DNA of 60,973 nt from the NCBI RefSeq assembly GCF_000315625.1, contig NW_005434485.1:1-60973 (forward strand), written 5' to 3'. The position numbers were made by a program, and so were the translations under genes. The notes beneath the pieces were generated by a model. It made no database searches and was not told the DNA's origin. It saw only the letters and a program-made list of their open reading frames with translations. This DNA is from Guillardia theta CCMP2712 (lineage: Eukaryota; Protista; Cryptophyta). This document shows, in pieces, positions 19,707-33,602 of this stretch. Positions within the stretch are counted from its first letter, which is position 1; every line of letters starts with the position of its first letter.

Positions 19707-22168
19707 ATGAGTCAATGCAAAGTAAATCAACAGCGGAGGTTGATCATGGTTGTTGTGATTTTCATGATTCCAGTCTTTCATGCAAGACAAACAACAAACG
19801 GCGAGACGAGCTGCTATCATGTTCTCTTTCCTCCGCAGCAATACCTTCTTCAAAAAGATGACCCCAGCCACATCACTGTTTCAATCGGTAGTTGTCCGTC
19901 TTCCCTGGTGGGGAATCGAGTGATAGTGTTTCTCAACTCTGTGCTTGTGCATGAGCAAGACATTGTTGACGAGGATATGGTGCTCGACGCCATTGCCATC
20001 ACAAGAGTAGTCCTGGGCTGGAATGAAATTCGCGTGTCCTCGTCCGCCCCGAACCTGCCTCACATATCTTCGCAGTTTTTTGTTTCTGTCGACTACCTGC
20101 AGACGTCATTCTCGGAGCTTGTCATTAATCAGGCGACTTACTTGCCTGAGACATCTGCATGGCCCTGGTTTGTGAACGACAAGCCTTTCTTCCTCCATCA
20201 TGCCAAGCTTGCAGCTATGAAGCCCTTAGTGAAAATCGTCTGGCCGCCGGCAGGATACACGTTTAAAAGGATGCATTATGGTCCTACCGCGTTCTCTCCC
20301 TTCCTGCGGGTCGAGATGCTCCCGGGGTTTGGGTTCAACCTCGCGATGAGCATCGACGAGGAGCCGATGAAGGTGTACGGGCCCGTCTACTTCCTCAACC
20401 TGCTCTTGGCGGACGGCGAGCATGTTGTCCGAGTCGCACTGACGACCCCGGACTCGCAGCATATGATTTCTGAAGTGCAAACAGTCTTTTTCACTGTTAA
20501 CCAGACGATCGAGTACGAGGAGGATGGAGAAGGAGCGGACGGGAGTGAGGGATTGCTCTCTCTCGATCCCTTTGAATGCTCTTCTCTCGCCAAAGACGGT
20601 TGTCAAACATGCGTCAGAGGCAAATGCCTCGACGGGTTCTGCTCATGCTTTCCTGATTATTTTGGTGAATCATGTGAGTATTCATTTCTTTCAGATACAA
20701 GATATCTGCCAGCCAAAGATCCTTCCAAGGTTTGGGATTTCTCGAGTTGCAACAAGTTCATACAAGCAGAGCGGCTATCTCAAGCCATGGGGGAGAAGCT
20801 GAATTCCATGCAGTTCCAACAAACTCCTACTCCTGTCTCTGAGACTTCTCGCCGCATATTGCGTCTGTCTCTTGATGACACGAGTGGGTTCGGAGTCACT
20901 TTACATCTCATCTCTCAAATATTTTCTTATGCGATCCGCAACAACGAGTCTGTGATCATGACGGGAAAGTTCTCCTACTTCCGGCATCGAGCTTGCAGGA
21001 CTCCAGGGCAAAGAGAAGACTTGACGTGCCTGTTTGAGCCAACACAGGATCGGAGCTTCGATCATCTCAACATCTCTCTCATCCCCCCGACTTTCACCGC
21101 CAACTACCAGCTGCACAACGACTGGCACCTACCGCTGCATGTCAACGCGTCAGGAGGAGGAATCTTCTTCTTCATCTCGCAGCTTTCAAGGTTCCTCATG
21201 ACTCCCAATCGCAACCTTGAGGCTCTGCTGCGGAGAGTGAAGAGGAGGATACGATACCAGCACCCAATCATTGGCCTGCACGTGCGTCATGGCGATTCTT
21301 GTCCCAAGTGGGAGGACAAGCATTCTCACCTTCCGGGAGCAAAGTGCGAGAAGCTGGAGCGATACGTGGAGGAGATTCGAGAGATGAAGCGACGCTACGG
21401 TGTTACCCGCGTGTTTGTTTGCACAGACGACCCTGCTGTAATAGAGCAGCTCGCGCTCCTCACTGACTTTCACTTCGTCTTCGTTCCTTTCGATCGCAAG
21501 CTCTTCTCAGCGTCCGACTGGTCCTCCACCTTTGCTCTCCTCCTCTTTCTCACTCTTCTACGCAGGGCAATCGAGCTGAAGCTGCTCATGGCGACTCTCG
21601 ATCGCAGACTTGCGGCTGAGTCCACAGTCTTAGACATCCTCCTCCTGGCCGGTAAAGCTCTCCTTCATGCACCCTCTCTGACCCTCATTTTTTTGTATTT
21701 ATTGCTGCAGAAGCAGATTATTTCGTCGGTACCCTCAGCTCTCACTTCAGCTCTTTAGCGTTCGAGCTATCCGTTGCGAATAAGGTCGCCTCCTTTCAAG
21801 TGGAGAGAGAGAAGATAGCAAGTATACGCGAGAAGTGGAGATAAGAGTAGAGGAGGGGAGGTCAAGGTGAGGAGGGGGAGGGCAAGGGAGAGGACAGGAC
21901 AGGACAGGACAGGAGGAAGGTAGGTAAGGTTGCAGGAAAGTAATTCAATCCCTGCAGGGCTTCGTCCCTCCCTACGTCTCCCTCGACTTTGCGTGGCATG
22001 GGAGGTGAGGAGGAGGAGGAGGAGGAAACGGCAAGCGCTGACTTACCTCACAGCCTCCTCGCTCCTGTCCAGTACTACAACGACGAGGGAGAGACGGTCG
22101 AGGCGCGCGAGCATAACCCTGCGAGAAGAGATCCGACGCCGAGGACTGCTCCAACAACCAAGAGCTGA
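19707..22168 (+). CDS. GT23 (FUT8/NodZ-like) alpha-1,6-fucosyltransferase-like protein with signal peptide and EGF-like module
   Basis: IIGLHVRHGDSC, RVFVCTDD, DILLLA|EADYFVGTLSSHFS, PYVSLD; EGF-like CVRGKCLDGFCSCFPDYFGESC; 3' introns. Confidence 0.8.
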
Positions 22169-22322
22169 ATCAACATCAACCGCACGACTACGCACACACG
22201 CCTTCGACAGGCGGGGCGGCAGACAGACAGACATCTTGTAGTTTATTTCTTTGGTTCTCTTGTAAATGGGTAATTGTTTCATTAGTGGATCAGTGGATGG
22301 TGAAGTGAGCAGGAGGCCACGG

Positions 22323-23086
22323 TCAAGCCTCGTGCACGGGCTGATCGGGAATGTCTGCATACTCGCCTTCTGTCAGAAACCTCCTCGCCTCCTCCGCTCT
22401 GTTCCACGTCGAACCCACAAAGCCCAGCAAGAGAGCACCACACAGCACGAGCAAGACGATGAGCATGGCCTGTATGCTGAGAAGGATGACGTCGAGATCG
22501 AAGAGAAGGAGGAGAGAAGAGTATTTCCTCTCAAAAACAGACCGGCAGGCAGCGCTCATGCTGACCCAAATCGCGAGACCTGAATTGAACTGTCATGGTG
22601 ACGAAACAAATTCAGCCAGACAACAAACATGACATGAGAAAAACATGCGGCTCAGATCAGCACGCGACAGAGATCAGCACGTGACTTGGATCAGCACATG
22701 ACTGAAGACAGAGCATCTGAGAGTTGTCAAGACAATCAAGAAAGTTCCTCACCCCAGATTGTAAGCGCAATGGAGGACGCAAGGAGAAAGTACCCCATGA
22801 GCCCCACGTTCCCCTCCATGTCTTTTCCTCCTCCTGTTGCGACTGACAAACCGAAGAAGCAGACCGCGATGAAGCTAAATATCCAAATGGGCGAGTCGCT
22901 GTTGCAACCCTCACTCATGGCAGGGAGAGATCCGAACAATACTATGCATGCCCATAAGAAATATGCCAGCACAGCCAGGATAACCACAAGGATTATACTT
23001 CCAGCCAGCACCAGGATCCCCACTTGTGACGGAGGGAGTGACCCCCTTCCTCCTGTTCCGTTCGCTCCGGAAGCGTTCGAATGCAT
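22323..23086 (-). CDS. Hypothetical multi-pass membrane protein (2 or more exons)
   Basis: Two ORF segments with 4-5 hydrophobic helices, donor at ~22752 and acceptor at ~22581. Confidence 0.6.
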
Positions 23087-23512
23087 CCTGAGGCCCTAGC
23101 GCAGCTTCAAACCTTCAGCTCCTGTCGGCCTTGGCTGGTTGGTAAAAGCATGTGCTGAGCCGGTCAGCCTCGAGGTTTCGCTTCTCCTTCCTTGACTCTC
23201 CCGCTCTCTGGCTCGCCCCTTCTCCTCTTCGTCTTCCTCCTCCTTACTCTCTCCCTCTCTCCTTCCCTCCCTTCCTCTCTCTCCCTCTCTCTCTCTCCCT
23301 CTCTCTCTCTCCCTCTCTCTCTCTCTCTCGCTCGCTCCTTGTTCCTGCGAGCCACCCTAGTTCCACCGGCTCTTCGAGATCAGAATGTAATCGGTTAAAA
23401 CCACGATTTGATTCGATTCGTTCACTGTCACATGAGCCCTCGTTCCATAGCAACCTGTGAACCTAAATTAATTCATATTGCAACCAGGTTTCAAGTAGTT
23501 TTACAGGATGCG

Positions 23513-25130
23513 ATGATATGGCCCAAGGCCATGTATGCGAGCTACTATGCAGCGACCTCGTTCTACATTCCCTTCGTTCCTGTGCTGCTCAGAGAAGCAG
23601 GTGAGGCTAGTGAGATGCCCGCTAGAGCTCATGTCATGCTTGCTCTCCTCGTGGAGTTCAACAGCGCGCCTGTTGCTGATGCGCATGTCAAGGTCTGTCC
23701 GTTTTGGGTATCGGGACCGTCATGTCCATCCGTCCCTTCATCGGCATGCTGTGGGAACTGTCTTGCGCCATGTCGTTGCTGACGCTGCTCGAGCAGGTGC
23801 ATGCCTGTGTGGGGTTGGGTGGCGGACAAGACAGGAAAGCACAAGGTTGTGCTGTTGTCGCTCATGGCACTGGCTGCCGTCCTGCGGGTGCTCATGCTGT
23901 ACGTTTCCGAGAGTGTGCCTCTGTTGCTCGCCGTCCTCTTCCTCTCCGACTTCTTTGGGATGGCGATAGAGAGCATGTGCGACAGCACGTGTCTGGAAAT
24001 GCTCGACGACCCTCTGCTGTATCCCAAGCAGCGGCTGTGGGGAGCGATAGGATGGGGGTGGATCGGGGCACCGCTGGCGGGGATAGTGATCGAGACAAGA
24101 GGGCTGGCTCCAGCGTTTTACATCCATGCGGCTCTTGTGGCGCTGACCATGATGGTGATCCTTCACTTCAACGTACATGCCCCCAAGTCCAACGGGAGGA
24201 TTGTGGAGGTAGCATGGGTCATGTTCCGCGATCGACGAACTTTCCTCTTCTTCATGGCCACCATGGTGCTAGGGCAAGGGTTTGGCGCGATCTTCACGTT
24301 CCTCTTTGTACTTCTTGCAGACCTCGGTGACAAGGGAGCAGTGATGGGGCTGTCACTGCTCGTGACCTGCCTGACTGAAGTGCCCATCTTCTTTGTGGCA
24401 GATAAGATTATCAACAGCATCGGCATGATCCACTCCTACATCGCCTGCACCCTCCTCATGGCTGTCAGATTGACCTTCTTCTTCTTCATGCACAACCCCT
24501 GGCTCGTGCTCATTGTTGAGGTGAGAACCCTCCCATACTTCCTCTTCTCGTTCCTCTCTCCCTCTTTCCTCCCTCCTCTTTCCTTCTTCAACTTTCCCTC
24601 TTCCTTTCTCCTTCCTCCTTGTTATTCCCTTCCTCTCTTCATCTATTCCCTCTCCTTCTCTCTGTGCATCTGCTCCTTCCTTACAGAGACTTCAGGGGAT
24701 CCATGGAGTAACTTTCGGCGTCATGTGGGCTACAGGGGTGACTTACTGTCGCAAGATCGCACCCAAGGGGCTCGGGGCGACCATGCAAGGATGGTACACG
24801 GGTTGGACGTTCGGCTTCTCGATGGGGTCAGGGTCGCTCATTGCAGGGGCACTGGCCTCGCGCTTCGGCCTTCCCACCATGTTCCTGGTCCTGGGGCTAG
24901 TCTCAGGCGCCACTGGCGTCTTCATGCTGGTGGGCAACTCCTTGGGCATGCTAGGGGAGGCGAACGATGAGGAGAAGTCGTTCTACTCGCAGTTCGATGA
25001 TGGTAATGGTGAGAAGGTGGCGAAAGAGAGGAATGTGGAGATGCGAGAGGTGACTGTAGAAGAAAATGGCCACAAGAAACAAGACGAGACATGTGAAGCA
25101 GAAACGAACAAAGCCGGGCAAGAAGCATAG
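23513..25130 (+). CDS. Major facilitator superfamily transporter (MFSD6-like)
   Basis: WGWVADKTGK, YPKQRLWGAIGWG, EVPIFF, EIHGVTFGVMW-type motif, APKGLGATMQG; about 12 TM segments; start approximate. Confidence 0.88.
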
Positions 25131-25559
25131 CTTGCTATGTTTGATCTCTGTGATTATTCTTTCTCTCTACTTGAATGTTGTTCTCTATGTACAAACAGTT
25201 TCAGTTCATTCATAAAACCTGCTACACCATGACAAGCCTGACGTCACTTGTTGAGAACTGCCACTCCGCCTCAGAATAGGGGCCGAGAGAAGATTCGGGC
25301 AATGGTGACAGAAAGGAAGGGAGAGAGGAGAAGAGAGGAGGGGAAGGGAGAGAGGAGAAGAGAGGAGGGGAAGGGAAAGAGGAGGACATGGGGGAGAGCA
25401 GAGGAGATGGGACGGGATGAGGAGGATAGATGTTGGAAGATCCAGGAAAACATGAGGAGGAATGGATGAATGTGGTCGATTTGGAAAGGAAAGAAAGCAA
25501 CCATCTAATCCTTGAGGCATTCAGAAGCATCAGAGACTGATGCTTTCACTTGTTCTTAT

Positions 25560-26710
25560 CCCATGAGATGGATTAGTTGTGACCGCTCTTCGCTCAGATG
25601 TCATCCAAACTCTTCTGGCTTTCTCTCTTCCTGTCTGCTTTCCTTGCCTCCTCCTCAACTAGGGCTGGCAAGGACGTGTGGAGCCTGTGCGGGAGCAGCA
25701 GGCATCTCCAGATAACCAGCGTCGTCCTCGAGCTTGAGGTGAAGGCTGCTGTGATGGGTGCGAGGGCCTTCAAGTGAGGTTGTGGTGTCAGGGCACCATC
25801 GAAGATGGATACGTCGTGATCAAGTCACTCGGTGATCGATGATGAGTAGGAGCGAGTGAAGAGGAGGAGGAGGAGGGGGAAAGAGGAGGGGGTTGGGTGG
25901 GGCGGAGGGGTTGTGATGATGATCAAAAGCTGTTTCCCTCTCTCCCTCTCCCTCTCCCTCTCCCTCTCCCTCTCCCTCTCTCTCTCCCTCTCCCTCTCCC
26001 TCTCCCTCTCCCTCTCCCTCTCCCTCTCCCTCTCCCTCTCCCTCTCCCTCTCCCTCTCCCTCTCCCTCTCCCTCTCCCTCTCCCTCTCCCTCTCCATCTC
26101 CATCTCCATCTCCCTCTCCATCTCTCTCTTTCTCGTTTCTTACAACTCGATCGTATCAGCTGACAGTGGCCGCAGGGGAGGTGAAGGAGGTGATAGCCAA
26201 CGGAACCTTCACCTTTAGGATAGAAAACTTGAACGAGGGCACAGAGATCGCGTACAAGGGCCCGTACAGCCTCTGCTGTGCCTTCTTTGAAGGTTCCAAC
26301 TGCTCGTGGGTAGGAGAGTATCCACACCAGCAGCAGATAGGAGGATGTCCTGTCCCCGTCGGGCCCTTCAGCTCGATGCTGCGCAGACCCTTGTGGATCA
26401 AGTCAGCTGGAGTGTACAAGGCAGAAGTGAAATTGTTCTCCGAGCTGGGAGAGGAGATTTCGTGCTACGAGGTCATGGCCGAACTGAACCGAACAGGAGG
26501 AAGAAGAGGAGGAGAAGGGGGAGAAGGAGGAGAGATTTTGCAGCACAACTCTCTCGTCCCGATGAAGTCAAACACGACATCTTCAACCGACGAAGTGGAA
26601 GTGTCAGCGAAAGAGCGAGCTCATCGTAGAAAGGTTGAATCCTCCTCCTTTCTATCGTCTATCATCGTCGTCATCGTCGTCGTCGTCGTCGTCATCGTCG
26701 TCGTCGTCGG

Positions 26711-26749
<39 letters not shown>

Positions 26750-27053
26750 CTCCATCCTCTCCATCTCTATCCTCCATCAACTTCTTCTTCCCCATCTTCC
26801 TCATCGTGCGTGTGCTCATATAACGTGTTTGCTCTCAGATCGTGCATCAAGGAGACGAGGAGGTTCAGGTCAACGACGCAGAGTTTCACTCCTTGCTGGC
26901 TGCTGGCAGGAACTGGTCAGGTGCAGGAGCGGCGGGCGAGAGGTCGCACATGAACTGCCGCCTTCCAGGTCTCTATCGATCCGCAAGCTCATGCGGACCA
27001 GGTTGCTGCTGTCTGAATGACGAGAGGGTGGAGTTCACCTTCGTTGAGAAGGT

Positions 27054-27117
<64 letters not shown>

Positions 27118-27651
27118 ATGGCGAAAGCGAGGCAGGTGTGAGAAGAGAAGGGGAAGAATGATGGGGGGAGAAGAATTGGTGAAGAGAGGATAAGGACGAG
27201 TTGAGGACGAAGACAAAGGAGGATGATTAGCTTTCTTCCAGGTGAAGGGAAACAAGATTTGGGGAACTCTGTCAGCTGCTGGAAGATCACAAGAGGGAAG
27301 TCCAGGAGCATGCAAGGGAGCCGAGAGATTGAACATCCGACATTTTGTGAGTGATCATCTTTGAAATGGTTGAGATGTGTTGATGTCCTTGTTCTGCTCT
27401 TGTTCAGCGCTCTTTTGTTATCTTCCTTGTATCATCTGATGTGTGTTGTTGCAATTAGGTGATTCAGAAAGACAATTACAACAGGGCAGAGAAGAAATTC
27501 TGTCAGAGTTCTTGCCAGGTACGGTGATATACTGTCTACTTGAACTCACAGACATGTGCAGACCTTGATCGCGGAAAGAAAGTTTGAAGACAACAACGTC
27601 GTCGTCACCATCCGCAACGACCAACATGTCATGTGCGGGGAGCAGAAGTGA
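25560..27651 (+). CDS. Hypothetical multi-exon protein
   Basis: Protein-like blocks (e.g. 26166-26630, 26840-27051, 27242-27346) bounded by GT/AG and separated by microsatellite introns; ends uncertain. Confidence 0.45.
25936..26125. repeat. (CTCCCT)n intronic microsatellite
   Basis: Read directly. Confidence 0.95.
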
Positions 27652-29614
27652 TGACATCTTTGAGTTCTACAGCGTCTTGCTGAGACTCGACAGGTACATC
27701 TGCGTCCATGGTCCATGTGCGGACAAGGTTGACATTTCAGCTGGAAAATGATTTTTTCCTCATCCGCGCTCTCACTCCTTGTCCCTCCCTCTCCTTCTCC
27801 CTCTCCCTCCATCTTCTCCATCTTCCTCCTTCATTCATAACAATAACCGTCATGCAAACTCTCCATCCTTTCCGCCATCTCCAGCCTCCAGTCGTCGTCA
27901 TACCCCAGCTGAGTGAAGTTGTCAGAATCTCGTCATGCAGGGCATCAGCTGGGACCTGACGGTAGAGAGTGACATCAGCGTCGTCCTGCTTATCCTTGAC
28001 GAGCCTGCAAGTCTCTCGCAGCCATGACGAGAGCGAGGAAGTCGCCTGCTCCCTCCTTCAGTCCCTGCCTCCTTTTCCCCCCTCCCCCTCCCAACCCTTC
28101 CCCTTCCCTCCTCTCCCTTACCCTCCCTTCCCCCCCCCCTCCCAACCCTTCCCCTCTCATCCCCTTCCCTCCCTNNNNNNNNNNNNNNNNNNNNNNNNNN
28201 NNNNNNNNNNNNNNNNNNNNNNNNNNNNNNNNNNNNNNNNNNNNNNNNNNNNNNNNNNNNNNNNNNNNNNNNNNCTCCTCTTCCCTACTCCTTCCCCACT
28301 TTCCCTCCCTTTCCCCACTCCTCCTCCCCCCCCCTCCGTCCCGGCCCTCCCTCCCTTGCCTCCCTTATCCCTCTGCCTTCCCCACATCCGTTCCTCTTCT
28401 CTTTCTCTCCTCCTCTCTCTCCTCCTCTCTCTCCGCCTCCTCGCACCTCCAACGACGCCATCTGCGAGACTGTGCTGGGCTCGACGGGGGAGGAGACGTC
28501 ACGGATGATTCCTGAGCAAGATGAGAGGCAGGGACGCGAGCCCAGCAGAGCTGACCTTTCCTGTCCACCTGAGCTGAGAAAAGTTTGGTAGGGAATGTGA
28601 CGGGCAGGGTGAGAGGAGCTCTCATGCTGTAGCAGTCAATCGCGCTGATCCTCTTCTCCTGCTCAGACTATCACGTGCCAACCCCTCGACAGCTCCCTCC
28701 TCCTCTCTTCCTGTCTTCCTCCCTCCCTCCTCCTCCCTTCCTGTCTTCCTCCCTCCCTCCTCCTCCCTTCCTGTCTTCCTCCCTCCCTCCTCCTCCCTTC
28801 CTGTCTTCCTCCCTCCCTCCTCCTCCCTTCCTGTCTTCCTCCCTCCCTCCTCCTCCCTTCCTGTCTTCCTCCCTCCCTCCTCCTCCTCTCTGGTCTTCCT
28901 CCCTACCTACTGGCCTCCTGGCCTCCATCGTTCCTCCCTCTTACCCTCTTCCCTCCTCTCCTCTTCCCTGTTGCCCTCCCCTCCTCTCCTCCTTCACACC
29001 TGGAAGACATTCTGCATGAGAGTCTCTCTGTCTTTCTGCTGGGTCGTTTCATTGCTGGCGCTGCAACCAAGTCAAGAAGAGAACAGAACGTCGCCCTCGT
29101 CCCATCCTCCTCTCCCCTCCTCTCCTCTCCTCTCCTCTCCTCTCCTCTCGTCTCGTCTCGTCTCGTCTCGTCTCGTCTCGTCTCGTCTCGTCTCGTCTCG
29201 TCTCGTCTCGTCTCCTCCCCTCTCCTCCCCTCCATTCCTCTCTTTTCTTTCCTACTATCGTTGTGCTTCTCCCTCCCTTTGTCCCTCCTCCGGCCTACTG
29301 CCTTACCCTCGCAGGACGCAATGCATTGAAAATGTCTTGCTCTCCTCCTCCTCCTCCTCCTCCTTCTTGGCGGATGCATCTTGCCGTTGCGTGAAGCTGC
29401 TGCCATGCCCCAGCCCGCACGTCGTTCCTGCTGCTCGTCTGCTCCAGCCGTCACCCGCAAAGACTAACGCTCGTCCTCTACCTGGAGGAGGAGGGATGTA
29501 GCTGGAGACCTCCTCCTCTCGCCTTCAGCCTGCCTCTCGTTACTACTGGCAAATGAACGAGAAGGGGGAGCAACTGTTGGAGGAGAAGGATGAGGGCGAG
29601 GGCGAGGGCGAGGG

Positions 29615-29649
<35 letters not shown>

Positions 29650-30902
29650 GTGGAAGCAGCTGCCGGAGGTGGTTGTGGACGAGGATGAGGAGAGGAAGAC
29701 CAGGACGACAGCACGAAGTCTTCCTTCAATTCTACAGGAAGCCAGCTGGACATGGCGGCAGCTGGAAAGCTTCCATTGCTCGAGACTAACAAAGAGAGTG
29801 AGAAGAAGCAAGAAATTCAGAAATGCAGGAGGAGAAGGAAGAGTAGAGAGGAGGAGGAGAGCAGAGCAGAAGATAAAGCAGGAGCAGCAGGAGCAGCAGG
29901 AGCAGGAGCAGGAGGAGCAGGAGGAGCAGGAGGAGCAGGAGGAGCAGGAGGAGGAGGAGCAGCAGGAGGAGCAGCAGGAGCAGGAGCAGCAGGAGCAGCA
30001 GGAGACAGTACCGAGATCGCAAGTATTCCACATGTGAGCGGAGGCGAGGTGATGTTCCTCGTAGCTCGCCAAGGAAGGGAGATGGTGTCGAGAACAGCCG
30101 CGAGGACTGCGAAATCTGAGGAGGAGGAGGAGGACAAGCAAGCTACCTGCTGAGGATCGGAAGGGAGAGGGATGATGGTACGAGGCGAGGTGGCTGTTGA
30201 AGTTGGTCCAAGAGGAGGAGCCGAGGACGGGGACATAAAGCTGGGAGTACTGCGACATCAGGATGAGTCTTATATTTCAGCATCGAGGACGAGGAGGACG
30301 AGGACGAGGACGAGGAGGACGAGGACGAGGACGAGGACGAGGAAGACCTGCGAGGTTACGGCAAACGTGACGGCAGCAGAGCGAGCTCGGCGGTAGCGGT
30401 TGGCAGAGTTGAGGGAGAGAGGGTTAGAGGAAAGATGGTCTTCGGACTTAGCGATGAAGAAGATTGGAACTTTCGAGAACTCGTCGTTAAGCATCTCGCA
30501 GACTTTCTGAGATGAAAGACAATCATGATCGATCGTGAGAAGATTGATAGACAAACTCACTGATCCGATGGCTCCAAATGCGTTGTCTGTATCGCACATC
30601 ATTTGAAAACCCTGTGGAAAAAACAAATTCATCTAAAGCTCAATGTGATGCTATTCATCATCGTCATGGCCAACACAAGCACAAGCACAAGCACAAGCAC
30701 AAGCACAAGCACAAGCACAAACAAAAACATCATCATCATCATCATCAACAACATCATCATCAACTTCAACATCAACATCAACATCAACATCACCGCAACC
30801 GCCAACAACGTAACAACTTCATCATCCTCATCATCACCACCACCTCCATATCCTCAATAATAATCATCGTCTCCGTCGTCTTCATCATCATCATTCTCAT
30901 CC

Positions 30903-30934
<32 letters not shown>

Positions 30935-31291
30935 TTCATCTTCATCTTCATCATCTCCATCATCATCATCACCTCCCCCTCCTCGATCTTCATCACAGAC
31001 CTGCAATGTGTCGCATTCTTCAACCCACCAGTGCAAGTTTTCTTCCCATTCTTCTTTCAAACTTGTTTGTTCATCGTCACTTTAAACGTTTCTCATTTGC
31101 TTTCACATACTTGCTGTCATCCGTTTCCCACATCAAACCAGATGCGAAAGCATTGTCATAATCCCTTCCCAACCCCTACAGCAGATTATCAATGCATTAC
31201 AACAAAGTTGATAAGTTATTCAGATGTCATTATCATCCCCTCTATCAACTCTATCATCGACAACAATACCAACAATACCAACAAATACTCT

Positions 31292-31378
<87 letters not shown>

Positions 31379-32745
31379 TCCATCATCATCTCCATCATCA
31401 TCTCCATCATCATCACCGCCACCATCTAAATCATCGACATCGTAATCGCATGCGTCGCCATGTTCTTGGTCATCTCGATTTTACCTCCGTCAAATCATGA
31501 CAAGTACGATGATGGTAATTCACCTGGAAGGCATCAAATGATAACAGCAAACACAACTCGTTTTACTTTGAGATAATCACTCCAATATCGAACAGTATCA
31601 TCATCTATAACAATCTCTTCTTCTTCGCAACGCTGCTCCCCCTGTACTGTCTGCCGCCTTGTCTTGGATTCAACCTCATTTGCCTGGAATAATCTTGAAT
31701 GCGTGAGCAGCAGAGCACAGGAATCTACCTCATTGACATCCTCCTCCTCCTCCTCTTCCTCCTCCTCCTCCTCTCCCCCTCTTCCATCATAGTTGTCTGA
31801 AGTCACCAACGTGAGTAACCCAATGTGCCTCATCTCCAGCTCGTTCACCTTCCAGCATCCTTGCAACAAAGGGATGATGCTGTATCTGAGTTCAAAACGT
31901 CACACACGCAAGCTTGTACAACCGTCCACGGCTCACCGGTTCCGTCACGCACTTTGTAACAGCTCCTTGCCATGCTGAAGTCATACAACTTTCGCCAGCA
32001 AGACCATCCGCATCGTCCTCCAAGCACCCCTTGCGACATTCGATTAATCTCGTGCACATCCCTCGTCACTCCTCCATCTTTCCTCCTGTGTCACTCCTCC
32101 TTTCCTCCCTCTTCCTCTCCCTCTTCTCTAACCCCTCTTCTCTCTTCTCCTCCGCTCTCGCCTCCCCCCACCCTTCCCCTCCCCTCATCTCCATTTGCCT
32201 CTCCTCCCCTCCCATCCCATCCCATCCCATCCCCTCCCTTCTCCTCTCTTTTCGACTCCTCTCATCTCTTCTCTTCTCTTCTCTTCTCTTCTCTTCTCGA
32301 CTCGACTCGACTCGACTCGACTCGACTCGCTCGACTCGACTCCTCTCCTCTCCTTGCTCACCCATCGACGAAGCGAGCCTCTGTTGCTCCTGATGTCCAG
32401 CAGCATCACCCGAGGAACGCTCACGTGCTCTCCCACCTGCCGGAAGAACGCACCGCAGTCAACCTGCTCCAGCATGGTCAGCAAGGGACTCAGAAGCAAT
32501 CATGGCGGGTAGACCTCCTCAGTTGACCGACCCTCCTCATCGTATGAGGCCATCTCCTCCTGAGGTGACATGGTGAGGAAACTTGAACATTCTGCCTCCT
32601 CACTCTCTTACCTGGATGTTCCAGAAGTGAGAACCGACATAGTTGCTGTAATTTCCAAGTTGAAATGTCAAGATTTCCCGCATGTCCTGAAGAATTCATG
32701 TCACGGATCATACACTTCCCGTCCACACTTTTGCACGTTTGCATT
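27630..32745 (-). CDS. Hypothetical multi-exon gene(s) with low-complexity introns
   Basis: Exon-like blocks such as 30347-30612 and 32360-32460 flanked by GT/AG; no recognisable domain; may be more than one gene. Confidence 0.35.
28175..28274. other. Assembly gap (100 N)
   Basis: N run. Confidence 1.
28693..28905. repeat. 30-bp minisatellite (~7 copies)
   Basis: CTCCCTCCTCCTCCCTTCCTGTCTTCCTCC repeated. Confidence 0.92.
31292..31414. repeat. (ATC)n microsatellite
   Basis: Read directly. Confidence 0.95.
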
Positions 32746-33602
32746 TTTTCTCTCCCTCTCCTCCTCTCCTCCTCTCCTCCTCCTCCCTCCTCCTCCTCCT
32801 CCTCCTCCTCCTCCTCCTCTCCTCCTCCTCCTCTCCTCCTCTCCTCCTCCTCCTCCCTCCTCCTCTCCTCCTCTCCTCCTCTCCTCCTCTCCTCCTCTCC
32901 TCCTCTCCTCCTCTCCTCCTCTAACCACCCGTCCTTGTTCTTCCATCCTTCTCTTTCCCTTTCCCTCTCTCCTCCCCATGCGGCTCTAAAAGGAACATCT
33001 GCTGCCTGAATTAGAATTATCTAATCCAGTATCTAATCAACATTCGCTGTCTCCGAGTATCCATTTTCACATACCTGAGGCGGACTTGCAAGGTCACTGA
33101 GTGTCACCTCAGTCAGGGCCCAGTGCTGCCCTTTAGGTCAGTCAGCAGCCGCTAGTTTCTACACCTTCCCCTTCCTCTGGCAGTGGATTCACATCCGATC
33201 CCGCCAATCTTCCGCCAGGTCAAGCGCCTTGACGGTCCTGTCTGCAAGTACTGTTCAAGTCACGCCAGTGAAGCGACTCTCCTGATCATCGGATGGTTCT
33301 CGCGATGCTTTAAATTCAGTAAATTGGTATTATTGTCTCTTAGAGTCACTATCTTTGAATCAACCATCAACAGTTGATGGATATGATCCTCTAGTATCCG
33401 GCAGCACCGCCGAGTCCGGCAAACACTCATGCTTATCATCCGATCGTCAAGTCCGATCTGTCCCATCACCATCCCATCACCTTCCTCAGCTCAGAAAGTT
33501 GATCAGGGCTCGTGCTGGTGCTCGGAGCCCAACTCTCCTCATCCTCTGCCAGCTGCACACAGCGACCGTGAACCGGGTGAGCGTACAGGACTACTTCCTC
33601 GC

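Noticed and set aside
25825-31500. Homopolymer and dipeptide ORFs (ER, RG, poly-H/I/L/M)
   Set aside because: Translations of intronic microsatellites
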